DNA from: Candidatus Delongbacteria bacterium
GTDB lineage: Bacteria > CAIWAD01
Direction of reading: 5' to 3'
Length of the DNA: 64,000 nucleotides
Assembly: GCA_963663545.1 (NCBI GenBank)
Contig: OY760505.1
Span: 3,232,001-3,296,000, forward strand
Shown: positions 37,441 to 47,533 of the stretch, piece by piece
Position numbering within the stretch: position 1 is the first letter of the stretch
Layout of the letters: the number at the start of each line of letters is the position of its first letter
Translations under genes and position numbers: made by a program
Notes under the pieces: model-generated
Told to the model about the DNA's origin: nothing
Seen by the model: the letters and a program-made list of their open reading frames with translations, nothing else
Database searches by the model: none

Positions 37441-40400
37441 ATGAGAGTTCTCGCGCTTCTCCTATTGGCCGCACCTCTGCTGGCCCAGACCTATCTGCAA
37501 AGGGGAATCATCTCCGCAGATTCGACACTGAGCCTGACGGGCAGTCCCTACATCGTGCAGGGTACGTTGAGCGTCTACGGCAGCCAGAATCCGCGTCTGA
37601 CCATCGAGCCGGGCGTCGAGCTGCGCTTCGTCCAGAACGCGGGGCTGGTGATTGCCAACCCCAACGGTCTGGAAGGCGACAACAACCGTGGACAACTATG
37701 GGCGACGGGCACAGCGGAGGAGCCGATCCGCTTCGTGGCCAACACTCCCGGTCAGGTCTGGGGCGGAGTGCGCTTTTACAACAGCGCGGATTTTGGTGGC
37801 GCAACCAGCCAGCTCGAGCACGCGGTAATTGCCGGCGCCAGTTGCAATTTGCAGCTGTACAGGACGCTCTCGCCGACGCCGCGCAAGCTCTCGCTCGAGG
37901 AGGCCAGCGCTGACGGCCTCATGCTATACCAGTGCGTGCCCGCACCCACTCTTGAAAACCTGAGTGTCACGGGCTCGGCCGCCTGGCCGCTAACTCTCTA
38001 CGGTAGCGCATTGCCGCAGCTCATCGGGGTTACTACGAGCGGAAACGGCATGGAAGCAGCGCGCTACACGGGGACGATCGTTGACGACCTGACTTTGGAT
38101 CTAGCCGCCTGGCCTTTTCCACTGGTGTTTGATGACCTGACGGAAGTTGCCAGCCTGGCTTGTCCGCGCCTGACGCTGCCCGCGGGTACAGAGCTGCGCT
38201 TTCTGGCCGATGCCAGCCTGTGCATCGGCAACCACAACAATTTCAACGGTGGAGTGTATTGCGGACAGCTGACCGCAACGGGTACGGAGGAGGAGCCGAT
38301 TCGTTTCGTGGCCGATACCCCCGGGCAGGTCTGGGGCGGTCTGCGCCTATGTGACGCCTCTGATTTCGACGGTGCGCAGAGCCAGCTCGAGCATGTGCTG
38401 ATCTCTGGTGCAGATTGCGATCTGCGAGTCATGTACAGCTCCACACCCGTGTTGCAGAATCTTGTGCTGGAGGACGCTGCCGGCGACGCTCTGCTGATGC
38501 AGAGTTGCTATCCCGCGCCAGCGCTGGACAGCGTAACGGTGAGGGGCGCTGGCGGCTTTGCGCTGAGCCTGATCGGCAGCGCATTGCCCGCGTTGAACAA
38601 TTTCAGCGCCACGGACAACGGCGACGATCGCGCGTGCTACACGGGTACCATTAGTGCCGACCTGACGCTGGACCTTGCCGCCTGGCCCCAGTCGCTGGTG
38701 TTCAAAGATGCAACCACGGTCGTTGGCCCGACAAACCCGCGGCTGACTCTGCCACCGGGAACCGAATTGCGCTTTCTGGCGGGAGCCCGGCTGAACATCG
38801 CCGACACTCGCAACATTGCGAACAACAACTATCGCGGCCAGCTGACCGCGGTGGGCACGGGGGCCGCGCCGGTCCGCTTCGTGGCGGACACGCCGGGTCA
38901 GACCTGGGGTGGCCTGCGCTTTTGCAACAGCGCGGATTTTGGCGGCGCGGCCAGTCAGCTGGAACACGCGCAAATCGCCGGTGCGGATTGTAATCTGCGC
39001 CTGTACAAATCAGCTTCACCCGAGTTGCGGAGCCTTGTGCTGGAGGACGCCCGCGACGATGCTCTGCTGTTGGAGGAGTGTCGACCGGCTCCCGCAATCG
39101 AGAATCTGCAGATCACCGGCTCAGGCGGTTTTGCGCTGTCGCTGGACGGTAGTGAGCTGCCTGCGCTGACGAACCTGGTGACCAGTGGAAACGGGGACGA
39201 TCGAGCGCGCTACTACGGCGTGATTGCAGCGGATCTCACCCTCGACCTTGCTTCATGGCCGCACGCGCTGGTGTTCAGCGGCCTGACTTCGGTGTTCGGC
39301 CCGGACAATCCGCGATTGACGCTGCCACCCGGCACTGAACTGCGCTTTCTGCACGGCGCCAGCCTGCACATCGCCGGGGACCACGATCTGGAGGGCGACA
39401 GCTATCGTGGCCAGCTCAGGGCCGTAGGAACGGCGGAGGAGCCCGTGTGCTTCGTGGCCGACACTCCAGGAGATTTCTGGGTCGGTCTGTGTTTCCACAA
39501 CAGCGCCGACTACAACGGCGCGGCCAGTGAGTTGGAGCACGCGCGGATCGCGGATGCCAGTACTAATCTGAGCTTGACCAGCACTGCCTCGCCGACACTG
39601 CGAAATCTTCAGCTCGAAGGGGCGCGACACAGCGGTCTGCAGCTGATCTCCTGTATTCCGGCACCGGCGATCGAAAATGTGAGCGTGAACGGCTCGGCAG
39701 AGTTCCCGCTGGTGCTGTACGGCAGCGCCCTGCCCGAGCTGGTCAACTTCAGCGCCAGTGGCAACGGCGACAATCGCGCCGGTTACGGGGGGACCATCAC
39801 TCGGGATTTGACCCTGGATCCGGCTGCCTGGCCCTGGCCGCTGGTGATCTGCGGGCAGCTGATTGTGGCGGGTGCGGACAATCCGCGCCTCACACTGCCA
39901 GCGGGGACAGAACTGCGCTTCCAGCAAATCGGTCGCCTGGACATCGCCTATCCCACGGTCCAGGCGGGAACCAGCTACCGCGGCCAGTTGACGGCCGTCG
40001 GCACAGTGGCGGAGCCGGTGCGCTTTGTCGCCGATGACCCGGAGTTGGGCTGGCTGGGCGTGCGCTTCAATAACTCGGCTGATTATGGTGGCGCCAGCAG
40101 CGAGTTGCGCTACGCAAGGGTAGAAGGCGCGCGCGACGGTGTCACGCTACGCTCGACGGATTCCCCCGAACTGCTCGATCTGGTGCTGGCTGAGGCGGAG
40201 AATGCCTCTCTCACGCTGCTGGATGCGTACCCGCTCGTGCAGCGCTGCTGCTTCCTCGACAGCGGACGCGGGCTGTACGTCTACAACGCGGACACGACGA
40301 TCATTGGTGATACACTGAGTGCTGCGTGTACCTTCATGGGCAACCACGACTGGGACCTCTACAACGATGGTCCCGGCGCCGTGCTGGCCAGGCACAACGG

Positions 40401-40767
40401 ACTTTGCACGCCCAATGGTGAGCTGATCTCCGACCGGATCTTCGATCAACTGGACGATCCCGCTAAGGGCCTGGTGAGCTACGATCCGCTGGGCGAAGTG
40501 GGCCTGCTGCGTGTCACGGTGGAGTACCGGCCAGCCACGGAAGTGCTGCACATGGAGTGGTGTCCGCTCTTCGGTGCCACCAGCTACACGATTTACGGTC
40601 AGGACACCGACGGGTATGCGCCCGTCCTGGTGGACACGGTGGCGACCACAATGAATACCTGGTTGGATATTCCGCTGGCCGATCTGCCACATCTGCAGTT
40701 CTACACCGTGACCGGCGAAGTCAGCGCGGCAGTACGCGATGCCGAATTGCGTGGAGGCTGCCGCTAG
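37441..40767 (+). CDS. Large secreted repeat protein (about 5 tandem ~190-aa beta-helix-like repeats)
   Basis: Signal peptide; repeated PRLTLPxGTELRF..GQLxAxGT..PxRFVAD..WGGxRF..SADF units; C-terminal small beta module. Confidence 0.75.
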   Translation: MRVLALLLLAAPLLAQTYLQRGIISADSTLSLTGSPYIVQGTLSVYGSQNPRLTIEPGVELRFVQNAGLVIANPNGLEGDNNRGQLWATGTAEEPIRFVANTPGQVWGGVRFYNSADFGGATSQLEHAVIAGASCNLQLYRTLSPTPRKLSLEEASADGLMLYQCVPAPTLENLSVTGSAAWPLTLYGSALPQLIGVTTSGNGMEAARYTGTIVDDLTLDLAAWPFPLVFDDLTEVASLACPRLTLPAGTELRFLADASLCIGNHNNFNGGVYCGQLTATGTEEEPIRFVADTPGQVWGGLRLCDASDFDGAQSQLEHVLISGADCDLRVMYSSTPVLQNLVLEDAAGDALLMQSCYPAPALDSVTVRGAGGFALSLIGSALPALNNFSATDNGDDRACYTGTISADLTLDLAAWPQSLVFKDATTVVGPTNPRLTLPPGTELRFLAGARLNIADTRNIANNNYRGQLTAVGTGAAPVRFVADTPGQTWGGLRFCNSADFGGAASQLEHAQIAGADCNLRLYKSASPELRSLVLEDARDDALLLEECRPAPAIENLQITGSGGFALSLDGSELPALTNLVTSGNGDDRARYYGVIAADLTLDLASWPHALVFSGLTSVFGPDNPRLTLPPGTELRFLHGASLHIAGDHDLEGDSYRGQLRAVGTAEEPVCFVADTPGDFWVGLCFHNSADYNGAASELEHARIADASTNLSLTSTASPTLRNLQLEGARHSGLQLISCIPAPAIENVSVNGSAEFPLVLYGSALPELVNFSASGNGDNRAGYGGTITRDLTLDPAAWPWPLVICGQLIVAGADNPRLTLPAGTELRFQQIGRLDIAYPTVQAGTSYRGQLTAVGTVAEPVRFVADDPELGWLGVRFNNSADYGGASSELRYARVEGARDGVTLRSTDSPELLDLVLAEAENASLTLLDAYPLVQRCCFLDSGRGLYVYNADTTIIGDTLSAACTFMGNHDWDLYNDGPGAVLARHNGLCTPNGELISDRIFDQLDDPAKGLVSYDPLGEVGLLRVTVEYRPATEVLHMEWCPLFGATSYTIYGQDTDGYAPVLVDTVATTMNTWLDIPLADLPHLQFYTVTGEVSAAVRDAELRGGCR

Positions 40768-40792
40768 CGGATCACACATTGAGCAGAACACG

Positions 40793-40819
40793 AGCGGCCC
40801 GGGCAACCGGGCCGCTTTT
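40793..40819 (+). terminator. Intrinsic terminator
   Basis: AGCGGCCCGG-GCAA-CCGGGCCGCT followed by TTT. Confidence 0.75.
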
Positions 40820-40895
40820 GTAACACAAAACCAGAGTGCTTGTGTCACGAGTAAGTACTGTTGCCATTCTCTCAGGCGATCGATGTGATACAAAG

Positions 40896-40930
40896 AAAAA
40901 GCCCGTCGGTGTACAGGGACCGCGACGGGC
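40896..40930 (-). terminator. Intrinsic terminator of the minus-strand glucan operon
   Basis: GCCCGTCG..CGACGGGC stem followed by a T run on the minus strand. Confidence 0.6.
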
Positions 40931-40958
40931 AGGAAAGCAAGCGAAGTTGCTTAGCGAC

Positions 40959-42431
40959 TCAGGCTTCTACAGCCTTGCCGCGTCTGGCTTCCAGCTGGGC
41001 GCGCACCTCGCCCGCGCGCTTCTCGCTTAGTGGATAACTCATCACCATCCAGATAGCAATGACCGAGGCGACAATGGGAACCCAGATGTCGAAGACACGC
41101 AGCATCAGCAGCGTCTGCGCCGACTGGTTGGCTTCCAGCGCCACATCAAAGCCAGTCAGGTTCAGCAGCCAGCCGCCCATGGCCAGAGCAGCGGCCATTC
41201 CCAGTTTGACCACCCACCAGAAGATGCTGCCGTACATGCCTTCGCGACGTTGATGCGTCTGCAGCTCGTCCAGATCCACTACATCGGCGACCATCGCGGG
41301 CATGATGGTGAAGAGGCCGCCCAGTCCGAAGGCCTGCAGCGGCGCAGGAAGGACCACCAGCCAGGGGTGCGCAGGATTGTAGCAGAACCACTTCAGCCCA
41401 TAGCCCAGAATCGACAGGGCGGTGGCGACGAAGAAGGCGCGGCGCTTGCCGATGCGCGTCGCCAGAAAGGTGACGATGGCGATGATCACGAAAGTGGAAA
41501 CCGCGCCCACGGAGCCCGAAACGCCCACCCACTTGGCGCCTAGTTCCTGATTCCCCGCAGCTACATAATAGATGATCACATAGCTGGAGAAGGCGGAGAT
41601 CATGATGAAACCGTTGAAGACCAGGAAGGTGGCTAGGCAGAGTTTGAGGAAGGGCACCGATTTCAGCGTAATGCCGAAGCCGCGGAAGAAGTCGGCCATG
41701 TTGTTCAGCATGCCCTGCAAGCCGCTAACCCGCTGCTGCCCATCCTGTTCGGCCTGGGCGATGTTCTGCATGCGCTCGCGTAGGAAGATAGCTGGCAGAA
41801 TGCCCACGGCGATGGTTACCACCGCGATGAGGATCGCCAGCCCAGCGGCGCCTTCTACCTGGTTTTCGAAGAGCCGCTTGCTGGTCATGATCGCCAGGAA
41901 CCAGGGCGAGATCACGTAGGCCAGCTGTCCCAGGAAGTTCTGCGTACCCATCAGGCGCGTGCGTTCGTGGTAGTCGGGCGTGAGCTCGTAGCCCAGGGCC
42001 ACCCAGGGCGTGGCGAAAATGGTGTAACCGACAAAGAAGAGAATGCTGCCGATGAGGAACCAGACGAAGTAGAAGGTCTGACTCTTGTCGCCCGGCAGCT
42101 GCCAGAGCAGGGCGAAAACAACTGCGGCGAGGATGGCACCCAGAAAGATGTAAGGACGACGACGTCCCCAGCGCGAACGCGTGTGATCCGAGATGTAGCC
42201 CATCAGTGGGTCCGTCAGCGCGTCGGTCAGCCTGGGCAGCGAACCTAAGAGACCCACTAGAAAGGGATCCATGCCCAGGCCCAGATTCAGCACAATCATC
42301 ATGCCGCCACTGGCGGCGGCGAGCAGGTTGTTGATCAGCGCGCCCAGTCCATACACCAAGCGATGCGCCATCGAGACCCGGTCTTCGGGCGCCGTCACAT
42401 GATGACTCGCAGCATTGTCTTTGCTCATCAT
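40959..42431 (-). CDS. MFS glycoside-pentoside-hexuronide (GPH) sugar:cation symporter
   Basis: DALTDPLMGYISDHTRSRWGRRRPY, DYHERT, ADVVDLDE..RREG; about 12 TMs. Confidence 0.9.
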   Translation of the reverse strand: MMSKDNAASHHVTAPEDRVSMAHRLVYGLGALINNLLAAASGGMMIVLNLGLGMDPFLVGLLGSLPRLTDALTDPLMGYISDHTRSRWGRRRPYIFLGAILAAVVFALLWQLPGDKSQTFYFVWFLIGSILFFVGYTIFATPWVALGYELTPDYHERTRLMGTQNFLGQLAYVISPWFLAIMTSKRLFENQVEGAAGLAILIAVVTIAVGILPAIFLRERMQNIAQAEQDGQQRVSGLQGMLNNMADFFRGFGITLKSVPFLKLCLATFLVFNGFIMISAFSSYVIIYYVAAGNQELGAKWVGVSGSVGAVSTFVIIAIVTFLATRIGKRRAFFVATALSILGYGLKWFCYNPAHPWLVVLPAPLQAFGLGGLFTIMPAMVADVVDLDELQTHQRREGMYGSIFWWVVKLGMAAALAMGGWLLNLTGFDVALEANQSAQTLLMLRVFDIWVPIVASVIAIWMVMSYPLSEKRAGEVRAQLEARRGKAVEA

Positions 42432-43231
42432 TGCTCCTGATAAACGCGCACCCAGTCCACGATCATGGTCTGGGGGAAGAGGGTGCTGGCGTCGGGGCTG
42501 CCAACGTAGTTGCCGCCGACGGCGACGTTAAGAATGATGTAGAAGGGATGGTCGAAAACCCACTCGCCGGGCACTTCGTCGCTCTCGACTCGGTGATACA
42601 CGACTTCGTCCACCGACCATTCGATGGCATCGCTCGTCCACTCGACCGCGAAAACGTGGAAGTCGTCGTGGAAGCTCTCGGGGTAGATGCTGAAGGCGTT
42701 GCCAATACCATTGCCGCCGTAGTAGTTGGGTCCATGCAGCGTTCCTTGTATCACGGTCGGTGCCTGGCCGCGATACTCCATGATGTCCACTTCGCCACAA
42801 GTGGGCCAGCCGACGCTGCCGATGTCGTTGCCCAGCAGCCAGAAGGCGGGCCAGATGCCCTGCCCGATGGGGAGCTGGATGCGTGCTTCAATGCGCCCGT
42901 ACTTCGGCTCGAAGAGATCGGCAGTCGTGATACGTGCAGAGGTGTAGCTGCAGTTGCCGAACTGCTCTTCGCGTGCGGTGATCAGTAGGTGTCCATCGCC
43001 ATCCAGGCAGGCGTTTTCTGCGCGATCCGTGTCGTACTCCAGCTGATTGTTGCCCCAGTCGGTGCCCGTATCGAAGTGCCAGGCCTCGGCTGCAGGAAGG
43101 GCTCCGGACTCGCCTGAAAACTCTTCCTCCCACACAAGCTGGTAGCCCGCTGCTACAGCGGGATCGTGACTGCGCGTACACGCGGCTAGCAGAGGCAGGA
43201 GCAGGAACAGGCCGGTGGTCCTGAAATTCAT
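42428..43231 (-). CDS. GH16 laminarinase-like lipoprotein
   Basis: Lipobox LAAC; WGNNQLE, GIWPAFW, GEVDIMEY; ATGA-coupled to the upstream ROK gene. Confidence 0.9.
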   Translation of the reverse strand: MNFRTTGLFLLLPLLAACTRSHDPAVAAGYQLVWEEEFSGESGALPAAEAWHFDTGTDWGNNQLEYDTDRAENACLDGDGHLLITAREEQFGNCSYTSARITTADLFEPKYGRIEARIQLPIGQGIWPAFWLLGNDIGSVGWPTCGEVDIMEYRGQAPTVIQGTLHGPNYYGGNGIGNAFSIYPESFHDDFHVFAVEWTSDAIEWSVDEVVYHRVESDEVPGEWVFDHPFYIILNVAVGGNYVGSPDASTLFPQTMIVDWVRVYQEQ

Positions 43232-44484
43232 GAGGCGTCCTCGTTTGTCCATTGGGGAAAGAGCTGCGGATTGCGGAAGGCGGCGTCCAGTACCAGCGTG
43301 CCCGCGCCAAGGGCCACCGTGCGATACCCGAGTTCGCCTGTGCGAATGCAGGTGGCGGACATGGTGTTGACCAGAGTGCGCTGCCGCACTGTATCACGCA
43401 GCGGATCCAGCAGAATGTCTCCCAAACGCGTGATACCGCCGCCCAGAATCACCATACCCGGATTGTTCAGGTTCAGCAAGCCTGCCACCGTGATACCAAG
43501 GTACTGGGCGGCCTCACCGACGACACGCAAGGCCAGTGGATCACCGGCCAGCGCAGCCTGTTCCAGAGCTGCTGGGCTGACAGGATGTCGACTCAGTGTG
43601 CTTTCGGGATACTTCGGCAGTAGCTCTTCGGTGCGTGATACAAGCGCTGCCGACCCCGCGTACATCGTGAGACATCCGCGAAGTCCGCATACGCACTGAC
43701 GTCCCCGCGGATTGATCGCCAAGTGACCGATTTCGCCTGCCACACCGGAAGCGCCGCGGTAGATACGTCCGGCGAGGATCTGTCCCAGGCCGATACCCGT
43801 CGCAATCTTGATGTAAGCGAAGTCCTTTTGTCCGCGCCCCGCACCCCACCAGTATTCGGCCAGGGCACCAAGGTTGGCATCGTTGTCCGCCAACAACGGG
43901 CGATCAAAGGCGGCGGCAATATCCTCAAGTCGACTGCGCCCTTCCCAGCGCGGCAGCACGATTTCGGGCACGCGATCGGGATGCTCCGGATCCACCGGGC
44001 AGGGAAGCCCGACGCCAATGCCCAACAGGGGCGGCGCTGGATCACGGCGCTCGTCCAGGCAGGTACGCGCCAGCTGCTCGATGAGCTGCATCGTTCCCAC
44101 CGGATCCTCGCGCACATCATGCCCAACCGAGTAGGTGTGCAAAATGCGTCCGCGCATGTCCATCAGGACAACGGCCACGTGGGTAGCGCCCACATCGACA
44201 CCGAGGATCACACAGGCCTGATCTTGAAACTCCAGCAGAATGGGTTTACGGCCGCCACGGGCTTCGCCCTCACCGATTTCGCGCACCAGACCCGTCGTCA
44301 GTAATTGTCTCACGGCTTCGGTCACCGTCGAGCGCGAAAGGCCGCTTTGACGGGCGATGTCGGCACGACTGATGCGCTGGTGCTCCCAGATCATCTGCAG
44401 AATGGGCGCTGCCAGCGGCCGACCTCCTCCGGGCGGAGGAGGCAGGCGCAGGCTTGTATCACCGGAAGCGGCAGAAAGGATCAT
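43228..44484 (-). CDS. ROK family transcriptional repressor (paralog 2)
   Basis: ISRADIARQSGLSRSTV HTH; DNDAN; GEIGH; CxCGxxGC. Confidence 0.9.
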   Translation of the reverse strand: MILSAASGDTSLRLPPPPGGGRPLAAPILQMIWEHQRISRADIARQSGLSRSTVTEAVRQLLTTGLVREIGEGEARGGRKPILLEFQDQACVILGVDVGATHVAVVLMDMRGRILHTYSVGHDVREDPVGTMQLIEQLARTCLDERRDPAPPLLGIGVGLPCPVDPEHPDRVPEIVLPRWEGRSRLEDIAAAFDRPLLADNDANLGALAEYWWGAGRGQKDFAYIKIATGIGLGQILAGRIYRGASGVAGEIGHLAINPRGRQCVCGLRGCLTMYAGSAALVSRTEELLPKYPESTLSRHPVSPAALEQAALAGDPLALRVVGEAAQYLGITVAGLLNLNNPGMVILGGGITRLGDILLDPLRDTVRQRTLVNTMSATCIRTGELGYRTVALGAGTLVLDAAFRNPQLFPQWTNEDAS

Positions 44485-44511
44485 GATGCCGCTCCTGTTG
44501 TATCACATGTA

Positions 44512-47481
44512 TTACTCATGAAAGAGCACATTATCGAGGTAGAAGGAATTGATCTGGTCCGAGCCGAAGAGCAGCTGAGCCAGGTGGCCGCGCGTGGTCA
44601 GGTTGGTGAACTCCGAGAGCGGAAGATCAAAGACAACCCAGCTTCCTGTTGCCAGCGGAATGGTATAGCTGGCATCCACGAGGAGTTCGTGTTCCACGTC
44701 GTCGCCGCCACCCCAGACGCCGTTCGCGCCGAAGTCGACCAACTTCACCATGAACTCGTTGGGCAGCGCCGTTGCGTCACTGGTCCAGAAGCAGAAGTGG
44801 AAGTAGTTCATGCCGCTGGCGTCGACGGTCTGACTGGTGAATTCGATACCCGCGTAGGTGAGGTTCGTGTAATACTTCGTCGCGTTGCCGTCGATTTGCA
44901 CGGTGGCTACGTCGGCCTCGTCCCACTCGGCAGACCAGGTGTCCACCGTCACGTTGGCGTAGCTGTCGCTGAACAGCGAGATCACCTCGCTGGCTTCCCA
45001 GGCGGGATCGGGCGCGGGGCTTTCGGGACCGGTCCACGCCGTGCCGCCGGTGCCGTAGAAGTAGACGTTGTCCACGTAGACGGTGTTGGGATCGGAGGTG
45101 ATCACCATCTGTGCCAAGTGCTGGCGTGATACAAGCGCACCAAACTCGCTCAAGTCAAGGTCGATTCCAACCCAGGCGCCCGTCAGTAGCGGTGTGGCGG
45201 AGGCAGCCGTGATACTCACGGAGGATTCCACATCATCACCACCGGACCATTCGCCGTCGGGGCCAAAGTCCACCAGCTTGATGGTGAAGGCCGTGGGCAG
45301 CGTAGTTTCATCGGGTGTCCAGATGTCCATGTGGAAGTGGCTCTTGTCGCTGATGTCGATGGTGGGGTTGGTGAACTCGATGCCTGCATAGACCAAGTTG
45401 GTGTAGCGCAGAGTGGCATTGCCGTCGATCTCAATCTCGGCCACATCGGCCATGTCGGGCCAGTCGGCGGACCATGTTTCCACAGCTTCCTCGGTGTAGG
45501 CATCGCTGAACAGCGCGATCACTTCGTCGGCACTCACCGTTGGTGTGGGCGCAGGCGTAAAAGGCTGATCGAGTTCTTCGGCCATGTCGTGGAAATAGAG
45601 GTTGTCCAGATAGACGGTCGGCAGGTCTCCGGCGAAGATCAACTGGGCAAGATGACTCATGGAATTCAACCCGCTGAAATCCTCCAGGCGCAACTCGTAG
45701 CGCACCCAGTTGCCGGAAACCAGCGGCGTGGCGGAGCTGGAATTCAGGGTGATTTCGTGCTCGCTGTCATCGCCGGTTCCAACCGTGGCGTCCGCGCCGG
45801 CGTCCAGCAACTTGACGGTGAAGTTCATGCCGGTCGTGGGCTCAGCGGTCCACAAGTCGAAGTGGAAGCCGTTCATGGCCGAAGCGTCAACGGGCAGGCT
45901 AATGAATTCCACACCTGCGTTGACCAGCTCGCTGTAGTGCAGCGTGGGGTTGCCGTCAATCTCCACTTCTTCGAACTCCGCCTGATCCCAGTCGGCGGAC
46001 CATGTGTCGACGGTGATACAAGTGTAGGCGTCGCTGTAGATCGAGATCACATGCGCGGCGTCCAGCACGGGCGTCGGCGCCGGTGAAGCGGGAGCCTGGG
46101 GCTCTTCGGCTGCATGGAGGTAAAGGTTGTCGAGATAAAGAATCTCGCTGCCGCCCGCCAGCACAATCTGCGCAAGGTGGCTGGTGCTCTGCAGGCTGCT
46201 GAAATAGCTGAGCGGAATGTCAAGCTGGCTCCAGTCGCCGGAGGTCATCGCCGGGCTGCTGGAAAGGCTCAAGGAAAGCTCGTGCTCGCTGTCGTCGCCG
46301 CCGCTATAGGCGCCGTCCGCGCCAAAGTCCACCAGTTTGATGGCGAAGTCATTGGGCACGTAGCTGTAAACGTCCACGTGCAGATAGTTCATGGCACTGG
46401 CGTCGATCAGGCTGGAGGAGAAGTCGATGCCAGCGTAGGTCAGGTTCGTGTAGAGCTTGACATCGTCGCCATTGAGCTGAATGTCCTCCACATCGGCGAT
46501 GTCCCAGTCCGTCGACCACGCATCCACCGTGATACAATTGTAGGCGTTGCTGAAGACCGAGATCACATCCGCCGCAGGCTGTTCCGGCGCGGGCGGCCCC
46601 GCGGTAGGTGCATCGATGGCCAGAACGGTGATGCTGCCCTCCACCGCCGTCGAACCCAGACTGGCGCTGATCTGCGCCTGGCCCGTGCCCACGATGGAGA
46701 TGCTGCCATCACCCACGGGAGTAGCCACATCCGTATTGTCGCTGATGTAGGTGTAGTAGGCGGGCATGATGCCCATCAGCTGGTCGACGCCCTCTACGGC
46801 AAAAGTCACCTGACAGCCGGTGGGCGTCAGCCGTGAGCCGGTGACCGTGCTCAGGGTCTGGCTGTCCATCACAGGGCGCGGGTTTGTCACGGTGTCCAGA
46901 GTCTCAAACTGGATTTCATCGAACCAGAGCTGGTAACCGCTTCCCTGATGCGGGGCAGCGGCGAAATGGAAGAGGCCCGCTTCGCTGGTCAGCTTGGAAG
47001 GCAGCGGCAGTGGCAGCGTGTACTTCTGCCATTCGGTGCCCACCGCAACTCCACTTTGTTCGGCTGTGTACAAAGAAGTGCCCGTGTTGTCGTTGCCGAT
47101 GCCAAGAACCGCGATTGTGGTGCTGAGGCTGGCTTTGGCATAGAAGGTCAGCGCGGTGTAGCTGCTCAGATTTCGGCCATAGCCTGGCGCGACAAAGGCG
47201 CCGCCCGCGTAGCTGCCATCGGCGTTGCCCTCGTTGGGAACGTCGATGCGGATGCTGGCGCTACCGGCGTAGTGGACATTGTAATCCAGGTTCAGTGCGT
47301 CCAGTTTGGAATCGCCAAAGGCCTGGAAATCCATGCCATCGCTGAAGCCGTCGAGGAAAACCTCGCTGTCGCTGGGTTGGTCATCGGGCGCGGTGCTTCC
47401 GCTGTCACGGCTACAGGCCGCAAGTCCAAGCAGACAGAGAGTGAGCGCGCTGGTGGTGCTCAACAGGTGGGTCAGTTTCAT
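44512..47481 (-). CDS. Surface lipoprotein with CBM-like domain, Ig-like domain and 4 glucan-binding-like repeats
   Basis: MKLTH..LAAC lipobox; Ig-like SDNTDVAT; 4 repeat modules. Confidence 0.8.
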   Translation of the reverse strand: MKLTHLLSTTSALTLCLLGLAACSRDSGSTAPDDQPSDSEVFLDGFSDGMDFQAFGDSKLDALNLDYNVHYAGSASIRIDVPNEGNADGSYAGGAFVAPGYGRNLSSYTALTFYAKASLSTTIAVLGIGNDNTGTSLYTAEQSGVAVGTEWQKYTLPLPLPSKLTSEAGLFHFAAAPHQGSGYQLWFDEIQFETLDTVTNPRPVMDSQTLSTVTGSRLTPTGCQVTFAVEGVDQLMGIMPAYYTYISDNTDVATPVGDGSISIVGTGQAQISASLGSTAVEGSITVLAIDAPTAGPPAPEQPAADVISVFSNAYNCITVDAWSTDWDIADVEDIQLNGDDVKLYTNLTYAGIDFSSSLIDASAMNYLHVDVYSYVPNDFAIKLVDFGADGAYSGGDDSEHELSLSLSSSPAMTSGDWSQLDIPLSYFSSLQSTSHLAQIVLAGGSEILYLDNLYLHAAEEPQAPASPAPTPVLDAAHVISIYSDAYTCITVDTWSADWDQAEFEEVEIDGNPTLHYSELVNAGVEFISLPVDASAMNGFHFDLWTAEPTTGMNFTVKLLDAGADATVGTGDDSEHEITLNSSSATPLVSGNWVRYELRLEDFSGLNSMSHLAQLIFAGDLPTVYLDNLYFHDMAEELDQPFTPAPTPTVSADEVIALFSDAYTEEAVETWSADWPDMADVAEIEIDGNATLRYTNLVYAGIEFTNPTIDISDKSHFHMDIWTPDETTLPTAFTIKLVDFGPDGEWSGGDDVESSVSITAASATPLLTGAWVGIDLDLSEFGALVSRQHLAQMVITSDPNTVYVDNVYFYGTGGTAWTGPESPAPDPAWEASEVISLFSDSYANVTVDTWSAEWDEADVATVQIDGNATKYYTNLTYAGIEFTSQTVDASGMNYFHFCFWTSDATALPNEFMVKLVDFGANGVWGGGDDVEHELLVDASYTIPLATGSWVVFDLPLSEFTNLTTRGHLAQLLFGSDQINSFYLDNVLFHE

Positions 47482-47533
47482 GCTGAGTCTCCGATTTCGG
47501 CGATCGGGATAGCGGACACCGTGCCGCCATCTG

